Assembly: GCF_001194135.2 (NCBI RefSeq)
Contig: NC_068982.1
Span: forward strand, 157,743,427 to 157,807,426
Source: Octopus bimaculoides
Taxonomy: Eukaryota
DNA: 64,000 bases
Direction: 5' to 3'
Shown here: positions 1 to 13,633 of the stretch, piece after piece
Numbering within the stretch: the first letter of the stretch is position 1
Layout: each line of letters begins with the position of its first letter
The notes under the pieces: generated by a model
Database searches by the model: none
What the model saw: only the letters and a program-made list of their open reading frames with translations
What the model was told of the DNA's origin: nothing
Made by a program: the position numbers and the translations under genes

Positions 1-30
1 ATATATATTTATATTTATATTTATATATAT

Positions 31-250
31 GTTTGTGTGTCTGTGTACCTTTGTGTTTATCTCCCTACCGCTTGACAACCGCTGTCGGTGTGTTTATGTC
101 CCTGTAACATATTCGATTGTATAACCAGGCTAAAATTATAAAAAAATAAATAAATACTAGGATCGGTTCATTCGACTAAATTTCTTCATGGCGATGCCCC
201 AGCATGGCCACAATCCAATGACTAAAACAAATAAAAGATAAAAGATAAAA
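31..250 (+). mobile_element. SINE family A, 3' half (after the internal TA/GT microsatellite), with TAAAAGA-type tail
   Basis: cttgacaacc..gtgtttatgtccc..ccagcatggccacaatccaatgactaaaacaaataaaagataaaagataaaa is the reverse complement of the 3' halves seen at 13255, 40858, 47799 and 55269. Confidence 0.8.
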
Positions 251-859
251 AATATATCTGTGTACAAGTATACATATATAAGTATGCTTCCATGTGGGGT
301 TTTTTATTGATAATAGCGAACATATACAGATACATAACAGTACACACACACACAAGCTTTACCACACGAGCACGTAGAAATCCACACATTCACAACTACG
401 CATAATTCATTCAGATTGTACATATCTTCTGCACATATTAACTGCCAGAAAGATGATGAAATTATGAACGGGAAACAAATTTTCCAAACACAGACATTCG
501 TCGGTATAGCTCAATGTAAAGTTTACTATATAATATTGATGTGTGTTCTATTCATATATATATATCAACGTCCAGCGTCATATCAGATTAGAGAACAGAG
601 ATGATAATTTAACATTCAGACTGATATTGTTGATTTGGTCAACATACATTTTTGTAATGTGTTGATATGACTTCACACTTACTGCTTACCTGTCACTGTA
701 AATATATAATCAGAGACTGAATACAGAAACCGTCACTAGTTTCATTGTTTGTTTGGTGTTTTTAATGATCATGATGACGATTGTGATGATGATGATATAC
801 TCTATCAATTTGTCGTGGCTGTTGATGTCATGTCTCTATTAGTGTTTCTTGCTGTTCTT

Positions 860-1218
860 CAGTTGCTTTCCCCATTCTTGTCGTAGTCGTGGTTGTTGTT
901 GTTGTTGTTGCAGTTGTTGTTGTTCTTCTTCCTCATCATTTTTCTTCGCCTCCTCCTCCTCCTGCTTCCCCCTTCCTCTCTTCTTCCTTCTTCTTTCCCC
1001 CTGTTCCTCCTCCTTCTATTCCCTTACTCTCCTCTACCGTCTTCTGTTTCATCACTTTTCTTCATCTTCACCTCCTCCTCCCCTTCTCCCCCTCCTCCTC
1101 CTCCCTTCTTTTCCCCTTTCCTCCTCCTGCTTTTCCCCTACTTTCTTCTTCTTCTTCTTCTTCTTCTTCTTCTTCTTTTTCTTCTTCTTCTTCATTCTTC
1201 TTCTTCTTCTTCTTCTTC
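860..1218. repeat. Compound (GTT)/(CCT)/(CTT)n low-complexity tract running into an N gap
   Basis: Directly visible; it explains the poly-F/S/L ORFs in the track. Confidence 0.95.
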
Positions 1219-2574
1219 NNNNNNNNNNNNNNNNNNNNNNNNNNNNNNNNNNNNNNNNNNNNNNNNNNNNNNNNNNNNNNNNNNNNNNNNNNNNNNNNNN
1301 NNNNNNNNNNNNNNNNNNNNNNNNNNNNNNNNNNNNNNNNNNNNNNNNNNNNNNNNNNNNNNNNNNNNNNNNNNNNNNNNNNNNNNNNNNNNNNNNNNNN
1401 NNNNNNNNNNNNNNNNNNNNNNNNNNNNNNNNNNNNNNNNNNNNNNNNNNNNNNNNNNNNNNNNNNNNNNNNNNNNNNNNNNNNNNNNNNNNNNNNCTGC
1501 TTGCTATTTCTATTCTACACCATCTAGTAATTTCGTACACAAAGCAAAATTGCTGATGTTTCTCTAAATATCTATACGAAACGGTGGATAAACTTGTTTT
1601 TTTTCTTTCCGCTAATGTTATTGTTCTTCTTCTTCTTGAAGTTACAGAGGAGCCGGCAACTATTTTTGCCGTTGCTATGGTGAATTTTTGTTGTTGCTGT
1701 CGTTGATATTTTGCAATGCATTACTGTCAAATGAATATGACAGCTGTTTCTGTAAATACCCACACCAGACAGCATTTATTGGTACAGTAGAAATGGTTCC
1801 AGTAGTAGTAGTAGTAGTAGTTATTGTTGTTTTTACTGGTAGTGGTGGTAGTGGTGGTGGTGGTGGTGGCGGTGTTAATTTTGTAGCGGTGTTTTAGTGG
1901 TGAGATTGGGATAGGAGGTGATGGGAGCAGAGGCGGAGTTTGCTCCCTATCGGAAGTTGTTATTTGAACATGAAAAGTAATGAAATTTTCTCTCTGGACA
2001 TATCTCTCTTTCTATCTCTCTCACTCTCTTTACCTCTTTCTATGTCTCTCACTCTCTTTACCTCTTCTCTCTCTCTCACGCTCGCATACTCGCTCCACTC
2101 CCCATCTGTAAATATGTTTAAATATGACAACGAACAAACCGAATCCAGCCAACTTCTCCCCAATTACTTTGACAAAGAGCCATAATCCCACCGTCTGTGC
2201 CTTAACAACACACGTTAACGACGCTGACTATGTCTTAACCCTCTTCAGCTTATCCTCTATTAGCTCAAGGCATTTAAAGTACACAGGACTTTCATGTTTC
2301 CCTTGCATTTTAGGTGAACTCTGCACAGGCATCACCCACAACGATGAACTATCAGCGTTTAAGTTATTCCTAAGCAACCTTCCCTATTCATAACCAACAC
2401 CTACCTTCACCTAGCTCATCTTTGCTTTGCATTGCTTTTCATTAACAGTATCATTATGGACTCTATGATGAACCCAAATTACGTAAACCTTTCAATATAT
2501 AAATACATACGTATAAAAATGAATATTTATACCTACCTACCTACCTACCTACCTACCTACCTACCTACCTTATT

Positions 2575-3141
2575 TACATTATTTACATTCATGGATATTT
2601 GTCCCCATCTTGCTTGTTGTTAACACAACGTTTTGGCTCATACCCTCCAGCCTTCTTCAGGTGTCTTGGGGAAATTTCGAACCTGGGTTATTATTATTAT
2701 TATTGAATCTTGGGGTTAGTAGCCCGCACACTTAACCACTACACCCTATGCCCATGGGCAATTATTGAGTGAATTTTAGGGCTTCTAAATCTAATATTTT
2801 TATATCTTTCCTTAATACATGCTGCTCATATCTGCACTCGGTCTGCTTAGGAGGTTGTTGTGTCCTAGCATATGTGCTGCTTCTTTTAGTTTTCGTATTT
2901 TCCAGTGGTGTTCTCTGTCTATAATTTTAACTTCATCCCACAGGGGGAGGTGGTCCCCATTTTTCCATACATGATCAGCTATACCCGATTTATCAATATC
3001 TCCCCATGCCATAGCTTTGTGATGTTCGTCTACCCATATTTTGTGGGGGCGGCATATTTCGCCATTGTATAACCTACCACAGTTGGAGTACACGCGGTCT
3101 TTGGTCATATTCTCTTCTATTGGTGGTTTTACTCGAAGGAG
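2575..3141 (-). mobile_element. Penelope-like element (Penelope/Poseidon-type) 3' remnant: GIY-YIG endonuclease C-terminus plus 3' terminal region
   Basis: ORF 2812-3108 (RVYSNCGRLYNGEICRPHKIWVDEH..KSGIADHVWKNGDH..WDEVKIIDREHHWKIRKLKEAAH) has the GIY-YIG layout: VY..C.CG..Y.GE, catalytic R region, H..W and terminal KEA. It is followed by a tRNA-like segment, a hammerhead-like motif and a (tgtaaataa)n end. Confidence 0.85.
2622..2665 (-). ncRNA. Degenerate minimal type-I hammerhead ribozyme motif (G12>A in this copy)
   Basis: Minus strand reads gacac CTGAAGA a ggct-ggagggtatg-agcc AAAA cg t t gtgtt. Stem I is gacac/gtgtt, stem II is ggct/agcc, and stem III is the palindromic ACGT; GAAA is mutated to AAAA. 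Confidence 0.6.
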
Positions 3142-3884
3142 TTAATTGTGAAGTGTAATACAACACTTCGTATTTGTATATATATACATGGGACTTACAC
3201 ATGTATGTGTCAATTGTAGGACATATCAATTCGTCTGACACTAGGCATACTATAACAAACTGGTTAAACAAAGAGCTAACAATTATTTAAACTCGGGGTT
3301 CCCAATCATTGTTTTATCTATAGATCGCTTTGATTACTATTTTATTCTGGTGCACCTCTATAGCCATTCGATATTTACAAACTAGTTTTATAGAAACTTC
3401 CTTCAAAATTCCTATTTTGTTTTTTTATAACTTGTGTTGGTTGTACTATGTAAAATATTAGAGTAAGAAACCTAGCTGCTTCTTGCAACACATACTAATG
3501 CATACTTCTAAAACAAAATCTTTCAGGGGCCCCTTAAATTACTATTGTAGATCTCCAATTTACTACTTTGTTACATGCCCCCCTCCCCCCCCATAAAATT
3601 ATCAGTTTCACAAGACTTTTTCTCTCAGGGGCCATAAGGACTACGGTTGAGAACTGATTTAGAACATTCAGAGCAGATGAAATAGTCTGCCTGATGAAAT
3701 AAGGAAAAGAGTTGAAGAATGCAGAAATATTCACATAAAACAAATATGCATAAAACAAATATGTGTATCCTGATATGGCATCTATCTAAGAACCAAAAAT
3801 GCAACTCATTCGCTCGGGTCGATTTTGAAATTTTCAAAAACACAGTACTATTTCCTTCTAATTTTGGCACAACGCCAGTAATTT

Positions 3885-4000
3885 TAAGGGGATGGGGGAA
3901 GTCACTTACAGCAACCCTAGCACTTGACCTGATAATTTGCCGACCCTGAAAGAATGAAAGATAAAGTTAATTTCAACAGCTCAGTATTTTGCCCGGTGCA
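3885..4000 (-). mobile_element. SINE family C, old degenerate fragment
   Basis: cacttgacctgataatttgccgaccctgaaagaatgaaagataaagtt matches the tggtacttattttatcgaccccgaaaggatgaaaggcaaagtc core of other copies in this window. Confidence 0.5.
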
Positions 4001-4120
4001 GTGTTGAGCCTATCAGCTCGCTACCTTACAGCAAGTAACATTGTCTGAGAAGATGCATGGAATACAGCACACCCAAGCGTGCTCAGTAATACATGGACGC
4101 GTGCGAGCACGTGTGTAAAG

Positions 4121-4162
<42 letters not shown>

Positions 4163-4395
4163 TGTGTATGTGTGTGTGTATGTGTGTGTGTGTATGTGTG
4201 TGTGTATTGAACATCAAATATTGCGAGTGAGTTAACAAAAACAGTGAAAGATTGCTTTAGAAATATTTAGTTAGTTTTGACATTTTGCGGGTATACTACA
4301 CTTTTACGACGTTATATAACACCCTGATATACTTATACATACAATCACAGATTAATTCTCACAAATGCGCGCGCGCACACTCACAAACACACACA

Positions 4396-4436
<41 letters not shown>

Positions 4437-4579
4437 GAGAAAATTTGAGGTATAAGATGCCTTATATATAACAAAGCAGGACAATTCATGATCACATTAT
4501 CAGTTTCACAAGACCTTTTCCCCCATACTTCTCCATTTTTTCCTCTTCCTTCTGCACTTCTTTCTCATTCATCACCCAC

Positions 4580-5029
4580 ATCATCATCATCACAATCACC
4601 ACCACCACCACCACCACCACCGCCGCTGCCGCCGCCGCCGCCGCTGCCGCCGCCGCCGCCGCCGTCATGATCATCATCGTCATCATCATAGTCATCATCA
4701 TCATAGTCATCANNNNNNNNNNNNNNNNNNNNNNNNNNNNNNNNNNNNNNNNNNNNNNNNNNNNNNNNNNNNNNNNNNNNNNNNNNNNNNNNNNNNNNNN
4801 NNNNNNNNNNNNNNNNNNNNNNNNNNNNNNNNNNNNNNNNNNNNNNNNNNNNNNNNNNNNNNNNNNNNNNNNNNNNNNNNNNNNNNNNNNNNNNNNNNNN
4901 NNNNNNNNNNNNNNNNNNNNNNNNNNNNNNNNNNNNNNNNNNNNNNNNNNNNNNNNNNNNNNNNNNNNCACCACCACCACCATCATCATCATCATCACCG
5001 TCACCATCACCATCACCATTATCATCATC

Positions 5030-5111
<82 letters not shown>

Positions 5112-5145
5112 CCGTCACCATCACCGTCACCATCACCATCATCAC

Positions 5146-5182
<37 letters not shown>

Positions 5183-5260
5183 GTCATCATCATCATCATC
5201 ATCATCATCACCACCGTCACCACTACCACCATTGTCGTCAGCATCAGTAGCACCGAAATG
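4580..5260. repeat. (CAT)/(CAC)/(CCG)n compound trinucleotide array spanning a gap
   Basis: Directly visible; source of the poly-M/poly-I ORFs. Confidence 0.95.
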
Positions 5261-5984
5261 TTAGCATTACAATAACCATTAGCATTTTCATGGGGACGAC
5301 AAAAGAACCAAGTACGGAATTAAGGACAGAATAATACAACTAACATTACAAACAACAGTAGCAGCAGCAGCAGCAGCAGCAGAAGATAACAGTAATGACA
5401 TTAATATTAACTGTAGTCACGGTAATAATTTCAATAGTAGCAAGAACGCTTGCAAAAACAACAACGACTTGTGTAACAACAACGGCAACAAAATAAGACA
5501 CACGAAAATTACAAACAGGAGCATCATCATTATCATCAACAACATCGACAAAACAACAGCAGCATAACAACAACGCCATCAACGAACACAACAACGTCAA
5601 AGACAAAAACAAAAAAGAAACGAGGAAACAATGCAACCCGTACTCACAGCAGCAGCAACAACAATAACAACGACGAGGTCAATCATAGCACAGCAATCAT
5701 AAGAATAACAACTAAAACGAAAGCGAAAGTCATGCTCACAACGGCAAGGACAACAACAACAACAACAACAATGGCTGCAATAACAACAGCAAACAAGTAC
5801 GTATATGAGGAGAGTGAAGCAAACACTGCAAACAACAAAGATGAAAGGAAGAGTTCTCAAGACGTTCCCGATTAATAAATCTCTTCCTAATTTATCTACA
5901 AATTCTTTAGTATCTTTACTTTACCGACTTCCGTTTAGCCTACAGTTCTTTAAGCGACGCTGCTTCAAACTGGGTACAGTCTTC

Positions 5985-6168
5985 GTGTGTGCGTACATAC
6001 GCACGTATGTACGTACGTACGTATGTATGTATGTATGCATGTATGTATGTATGTATGTACGCATGCATGCATGTATGTTTGTATGTATGTATGTATCCAT
6101 GTATGCATGTATGCTTGCATATCTCTCTCTATATATATATGTATANNNNNNNNNNNNNNNNNNNNNNN

Positions 6169-6240
<72 letters not shown>

Positions 6241-6496
6241 TCATATGATATATATATATATCTGCATATATATCTTTATGTATGTATATATGTACATATG
6301 TATGAATATATGTGTGTGTGTACACGCTTGTAAGCTTAATTATGTATATGTGGTTATACTTGGTGTACCTTCCCTTCTGCCTCATCGTTCCATTCTTTGT
6401 ATATTTTTACCTCTTTCGGTGCATATCAATATACGCACACGTTTGCACACAATTCTACTCGACCTCATGAATCAACATACAATTGCCCACGCACAC

Positions 6497-6574
<78 letters not shown>

Positions 6575-6904
6575 GTATGCAGGCATATGCATGTATCTAT
6601 GTACGTATATATGTGTGTATGCATGTATGTGTGTGTATGTATGTATGTATGTATGTATGTATGTATACATGTGAGTGTGTACGTATACGTGTGTATGTTT
6701 TATATGCATTATTTTGTTGCTTGCGATATCGTATCTGGTTTCCCTTGTTAAATATCGCTGCATGGTGTTGTAACTTATGTTGAATGTATTTGTTGAAAAA
6801 CCTGCCCTGGTATTCAGGTAAACAAAGGAATACAGTGTATATATACATGTATATATGTATACATGTATATATGCATATATTTATGTACGCTTGTATAAAT
6901 GTAT

Positions 6905-6984
<80 letters not shown>

Positions 6985-7040
6985 CATGTATACATGTGTG
7001 TGTATGTATACATATATATATGTTTTTGTACATGCATATA
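5985..7040. repeat. (TATG)n/(TA)n/(CA)n compound microsatellite field
   Basis: Directly visible; source of the YVCM/HTHT ORFs. Confidence 0.95.
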
Positions 7041-7950
7041 TAATTAGAAAATAAAAACAAATCACGAAATACAGGAGTAAAAGAAGTAGTAGTAGATAGA
7101 AGAAGAAGAAGAAGAAGAAGAAGAAGAAGAAGAAGATGATGATGATGATGATATGATGATCGTGTGGATGACGATCGGATGATGATGAAGACAATGATGG
7201 TGATGATAAAGTCGACGAACAACAACAATATCATCAAGAAGTAGGTATATAAAAAACAAACGAAAAACCGATTGCATTTATGTCACTAATGATGTCAACG
7301 CACGCGCAGTCATTGTATACTCACAAAGTCTAAAGTGGTAAGAAACTTTGTGTATGCAAGAGGTCGGAAGTGAATTGTGGATTCCGCCATTTTTAATGAG
7401 ACCCACTAGGGATCAACATTGCCACATAGAGATTTTCTGTCCGTTCACCGAACACAGAATCATTGTAGGGGGGCTTATATCATTGCCAAAACTGATTCCA
7501 GCGAATAAGAAGCTTGTTTCCTGGTCTCCGGAATTGTAAAAGTAAACTAAACATGGCCGTATGAAAAACTATTCTCCCCTCCCTGAAATAAACTGAATAA
7601 ACCGATCAATAGCCCAATAAATAAATAAAAAAGTTATGCTTGAAATTCATGGTTTATATATGTATATGTATGTGTGTGTGTTTGTGTATTTATGAATATG
7701 AGGAAGGATGATGCATAGCAGATGTTTACTATTGAATGAAAAAGAAGTTACTATTCAATGAAGAATTAAAAGTAATATTGTATTTAAAGCTGGTAGTTTG
7801 TCAGAATTGTTATAGGGCGGGCAGAAGAATGCCTCCTAGTATTTAGTTGTATCCCCTTACGTACCGTGTTCGAATCCTGTAGGTTTTGACATGGTTATCT
7901 GTTCCCTGGAGAATAAAAAAGAAACAGTGCATTTCACGTATTGGAGCAGG

Positions 7951-8125
7951 CATCCACCTCCTCATCCTCATCATTCAACGGCCGTTGTCCATGCTGGTAT
8001 GAATTGGACGGTTTGACCAAGCTTGGTAATCTGTCGGGCTGCACCAGACTACAGTCTGATTTGGCTTGGTTTCTACGATTGTATGTCTTCCTAACGCCAA
8101 CCACTCCACGAGTGTAATAAAGGCT
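7951..8125 (-). mobile_element. Retroposon 3' end with (GAT)n-type tail (RTE-partnered SINE or RTE tail)
   Basis: Minus strand reads ggcgttaggaagacatacaatcgtagaaaccaagccaaatcagactg..ccgtccaattcataccagcatggacaacggccgttgaatgatgaggatgag; the trinucleotide tail is typical of RTE-mobilised elements. Family assignment is from recall. Confidence 0.55.
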
Positions 8126-8310
8126 TTTTTTTTATTTGTGTTGTACCAATATCTGCCACGACTACAATTTCTCTTGGTTTGATGGATCTTCTTCTTAAGC
8201 ACCGCATATTGTCAAAGGTCTCAGTCATTTGTCATAACCTCTGTGGGTCCCAACGCTCGAAATGTGCTTTTTACGCGCCAGTTACGCGTCATTGGCATCC
8301 ACCATATTGC

Positions 8311-8355
<45 letters not shown>

Positions 8356-10426
8356 AAGAACATTATTTTTCCTAAACATAATAATGTTAGTAGCTGCGAG
8401 CGCAGAAGCCGTATAAGTAAAATTAATAATTATATATGATATATAAATATATGTATATATACTAGGGTACTACACAAGGACCTACCTCACTAAAAATAGA
8501 AGTTAAAATACACCTAAGCCAAAGAAGAATCATTAAATTAATACATGCACGATAGGAAAAACATTTTAGTGAATAAGAATAATGACTCAGTCCTGCAAGG
8601 GATAGGTGTGACAAGGAGAGGCGCCTCTTGCAGTAAGCATTCAGAGACTTCATAACCTTCACTGACATATACCTCCATTCGTTCATGGAATTTTTCGAGT
8701 TTTTTCTCTTTCTCGGCAAAGATTTACCATAAATAATAATAAAATAATAAAAATAATAATAAAGCGGTTAACAACCAAGTAATACCTTGATTTCAAACGT
8801 TTTAAAAAAGTGGCAAGTCTTAACGCATGGCCTATCCCACTCTCTTCTTTGTCCCAAAATAAGAACTAGTCTGTATCCTTTATTTACGAAGTCGTTAGTA
8901 GTACATCAGAGTTTTCCTTTACATAGGGAAATGTCTAAATGAACAGTAGGGACCTCAACCTCCCAGATGGTTGTTGATTTTACTGAGTTCATCCACCCTT
9001 TGATAGGTTTTGCATTTAGTCCTGTAAAAATCATCCTCCTTATCAAGCAGGTTCAGTAGGGTCGCACATACGATAAGACTATGCTGCTATATCCCATTAC
9101 CAAATTTCACTCACATGCTAGTGGATATCTTTAACATGGTATCGTGAACTTGATGTTACGTGACACCACATGGTTAAGAAGCGAACCTCGCAAATTCTTA
9201 ACGAAGCTTAAACCCTTCGTTCATATATATGTGAGCGGCTGTGTTTGTTCATGAGCATTTACATTTGTATATAGACATATATACNNNNNNNNNNATATAT
9301 ATATACATACATATACATATATGTATGTGTGTGCGTGTGAGTATTTATACGCATGATCAGTTGTATATATACACATACATGTGTGGTACACATATGTCAT
9401 ATGTTAATGCTTTCTTTTTCAGTGTCGTACTAATATTTAAGTTGACTGAGATGGCATGTTATTTTCTGTGCGTGTAATTGCAATAATTTTCTTTTTCAGT
9501 ATTTTGGAAATAAAAGATTTTATTCAGAAACCTGTAGCTATCTACTTAACCTTAATTTGCTAATAACTAAGTTACAAATTCCGAAAACAGAGAGCGCTAG
9601 TAGATATATATAAAAAACCCTGTAAATAAGTAAGACAAAGGAGAAAAAATAGTGGAAATTATCTTAGCAGACCTCAAGACCTCGAGCATCTACTAATTGC
9701 TTACAAAATGCACAAACATAATGATAGGAAAGGATGTTTTATGATATATTTAGTTTTAACTTGAATACATATTGTATACAATTAGGTTTATCAAATTACG
9801 GTCTGAAAATAGACTGGAGGTCCGGCTAAAAAAAATAAAACAAGAAAACTGGCGAAACAACGAAAATGTACTTAAAGACAAGGTTAAAAAATCAACATAA
9901 AAGCCTAAGACAGAACTGGCGATAACAATTCACGAAAGAAACTAATATAGAAGTACATTGGCTAGCAATATATCATATTGATGGTAACTGATCGAAGGAG
10001 CAACTGACCAATATCATTAAAGTGATGTGGTGAGCGGAAAGCCACCTTGGAAAATAGCTGACAATATATTTGGACAATTCCTTGAATAATAAATACATAG
10101 TCACAGGCACGACATATATAGTTCCGGGGAGATGGAATTAACTTAATTTCCTCCTTTTCTGACGATTATCTCTTTGGTTCTATCTACAAAGTTGCACCCA
10201 TCCAATTCTTTGGTGGCCATACTGTATTTCAATCCCATACGTGAGAAAGTAGTAGAGGAGGAAAGTATATTTCTCGAGTGTATATATACATATATTATTA
10301 AAATGTAATTTGCTAAGAAGCATTAGTTATTTGCAAACGAAAGTAGGAGTAAAAAGATAAAAGTAAAAATAAGAGACGTAAACCGTCCATAATTGTTGTC
10401 TAGCAATTCAAGTAAAGTTCTTTCAG

Positions 10427-10554
10427 ATTATATTCTCCTTATCTGTGAAGAACTCAGCAGATATTTGACTTCCTTAATCAACGACTTCAGCACTCTGAGA
10501 CATTCTCTTCACACTCAGCCTAACACTACCATTGACCTCGACAGTCGATCATAA
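10427..10554 (+). CDS. Candidate terminal exon of an unidentified gene (YILLICEELSRYLTSLINDFSTLRHSLHTQPNTTIDLDSRS*)
   Basis: ttctttcag acceptor and 41 open codons in non-repetitive sequence; no homology recognised. Confidence 0.2.
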
Positions 10555-12840
10555 ACAAAAAATACAAAACAGTGTCATTTCTAACTCAGTAAGATTTGCT
10601 ACTGACAAGTTTGTGTCAGGCTAGAAGGCGCACATTTATCAAATTAACGTTGTGTTTTAGCGTATTATCAACACAAGATGGACAGTAAACAAGAATTGTG
10701 AACAAGATGATGTTAAGCATGTGCACTTGTATGAGAATGTGTTATATAGATATTTATGTATTAGAATGTATATGCTCAACGTTTTTTTTCGCTTGTATTT
10801 AAGCATTTTTTTAAAGATATAGTTTTTTCTTCATTCGTTCCTTTCAAATATATATATATATATATATATATATACTTACAGCATTTTTTTCGAGTAAAGA
10901 TAAATAGTTTCTTTCTTCAACTGATGCTAATTAATTAGTCAAGGAGACCAGATGGTCAAGTGATCTATCATCCGTCTACGAACCAAAATGAAGAAAGTTC
11001 GATGTCTATTGCAGTTCGTTTCTGTTATGTGAGCACATCTAGTACATTGTCACTCTAGAGTAAAATAATAAAATCTTGCATTTTCTATGAGATATTATAG
11101 ACGTGATATCTACAGAGACAAGAAAGTAATATATATGACCAGGTGCTGACACAGAAGCATTAATACTATTGTTCTTACCGTTTAATCCATCGTCATTCCT
11201 GATCCAGGATATGACAATACTTATGGTCAAAGGCGTTCCACTAAGGAATATCTTATCTTTTCTTAAGAGATAGAGTATCAGTTGAGTCACGGCCAGATGA
11301 AATACGTTTGTACACTAAGTCTACACTATATATTGAGCATTATCTTCCTCTTTCGTATCCAAACGGTAATATTCACACGTCTTGTGTGTACATATAATTG
11401 TGGATGTAGTTGTATGCAAGTTTGTATGAACGATAGAAAGTATAGACGTAATGCATGGTGATTACTCAGAAGAGGAGTAGAATATATTTCGTTGCTCGAC
11501 AAACGCTTTAACATAACCACCTCGACGTTGCAAGGAGCTTTGGTGGCCAGCAAATAAATAGGTACATAAGTACTTGTATATACATATATAGACAGATATA
11601 TGTATATCTCACTCACGTATCTATCTGTCTATCTATCTATAAATGTCTGTATAAGTGTGTATATACATACATATATGTATACATACATGCATACATATGG
11701 AAACAAATACACACACACACATATATATATATACGTACATACAAAGGAAGGAGAGATGAGAAATAATTAGAACTGATCTGATTGTCAAAGAGTACAATAA
11801 TATATAGAATAATAACATTGTCTAATGATTGGTTGTCGCTACAAAATGCTATATAATTTAGTAGTGTATACAGTAAATTAGGAAAGTAGCCAACACGTTA
11901 CAAGCAGAATGTGGACAATCAAGTCTCGCACAAATATCAAGGTGTTGTAATAAGACAATCAGAGTTGTAATGTTCTTAGCTTAGCATCTTTCCTAAAATA
12001 AACGACGTCAAATTTAAGTGAAAAAGAAACGTAGTAGATGGAGACATATCCGTGCGGCAGTGACATTTGGATTGCAGTCACGCGATTCCGATTTTGTTAC
12101 CACATGTCATCCTGGGTGAATACTTTCCACCATGACTTCAGTTTTACTAAAATGAAGCAAGTGGAATTTGTAAGATAGAAATGGTCGTGACTGAAACTGA
12201 GGCACCTGAATCGCAACAACGTGGCTCCAGTTTCGATCTCACTTGTCATATTAGGTAAATGGCTTCTAAGATGAAAAATCGTCATTTATACCGAGTAGAG
12301 CGATATCTACAAGGATTATTTGCATATTTAATTTTAATACATCTAAACAAGTTCAAACGTCGTGTGTACTGAACACAGTCAACGCAAAACGGAGACGTTA
12401 TTCCCCCTAGATATACATCAGAGCGTCCAGCATACTTTGGGTTTGAACCTGCCTAGACGTGTTAACAATAAATATACAAATAATTGTTCTTCTAGTATGG
12501 TTTCGCTTTAATACTAACCGAATTGAATTCGTGCGATGGAAGTTGCATATTCGCCGCATATACGAGAGATATTTCAAGAGATTTGAGACTGATTATAAAT
12601 CTTTTTTAAAACAAAATAGAATTATGTCTGTCTTACTGTTATGCTGATGGCCTCAAAACTTTTTTTATGAAGCCCATGCATTTGTCGCTGTGTTTTGGTG
12701 TACGTCGGACAAAACTCCGGTGGTGTTGCTTATATCATAAGTATTTATGTATTGTTAATTAGCAGTTTGATAAATACAGATCCATAAAGAAAAATACTAA
12801 AACTGAAATACGTTCTGGGATCAGTAAATCTCATGTTTTG

Positions 12841-13022
12841 TATTTTACTTGCTTCAGTCATTGGCTTGCAGCCATGCTAGGGCACCACCGTGAAACGTTT
12901 TGACAAACAAATCGATCCCATAGCTAATGCTTTTTCAAGTCTGGTACTTATTCTATCGGTGTCTTTTACCGAAACTAAGATACAAGGAGGTAAACAAACC
13001 AAATACGAACACAAAGACATAA
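12841..13022 (-). mobile_element. SINE family A, 3' half (diverged)
   Basis: ttttacttgcttcagtcattggcttgcagccatgctagggcacc..ggtacttattctatcggtgtcttttaccgaa matches the other family A copies. Confidence 0.8.
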
Positions 13023-13254
13023 AAGTACACGCACGCGCAGAGTGGGGCAAAAGTCTCGTAGAAAATGAGTTCAATACTCTCCGGAATTGTCAAAGCCACT
13101 TAACTTGTGAAATTGCATTAAATAAATATAATAATGATGAATACACTCGTACTTATACATGATAAAGAAAATGAACTATAGCGTAATAGAAATAATACGT
13201 CAAATGTTTTGATGCGTGACTTTTGCCAACCACCCACATGTATATATATTCGTT

Positions 13255-13633
13255 TATTCTTTTATTCCTTTAATCTGTTTCAGTCATTAGGCTGTGGCCG
13301 TACTGGAGCACCGCCTTTAGTCGGACAAATCGACACTAGGACTTATTTTTTGTAAGCCTAGTACTTATTCTATCGGTCTCTTTGGCCGAAACGCTAGGTT
13401 ACAGGGACGTAAACATATCAACATCGGTTGTCAAGCGACAAACACAGACACACAAATATACATATATATAAGACAGGCTTCTTTCAGTTTCCGTCTACTA
13501 AAATTCACTCACAAGGCTTTGGTCGGTCCAAGGCTGCAGTAGAAGACACTTGGCCAACATGCCAAGTAGTGCGACTGAACCGGAACCATGTAATTGGTAA
13601 TCAAGCTACTTACCACACAGCCACTCCTGCGCC
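13255..13633 (-). mobile_element. SINE family A, full length: tRNA-derived head, CORE-like block, central TA microsatellite, 3' tail
   Basis: Minus strand begins ggcgcaggagTGGCTGTGTGGtaag (A box) followed by ggttccggttcagtcgc (B-box region); then ggccaagtgtcttctact (ttgggcaagtgtctt in other copies, resembling the MIR/CORE motif accttgggcaagt). Confidence 0.9.

Noticed and set aside
2124-2393. LINE RT fragment suggested by NPANFSPITLT
   Set aside because: A single short motif with no further RT motifs in order.
3292-3657. hAT-type MITE with ggggttcccaa / ggttgagaac termini
   Set aside because: The termini are too degenerate and no 8-bp target duplication is evident.
3745-3765. Other CTGATGA occurrences (also about 22233, 33755, 39642, 50422, 51525) as hammerheads
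   Set aside because: None is followed by a stem II and GAAA.
8929-9021. Second exon of the minus-strand MSKRKDMLST gene (LNAKPIKGWMNSVKSTTIWEVEVPTVHLDISL)
   Set aside because: Phase-compatible with a reasonable acceptor, but the donor is weak, it is 14 kb away and no homology is recognised; it cannot be supported without RNA data.
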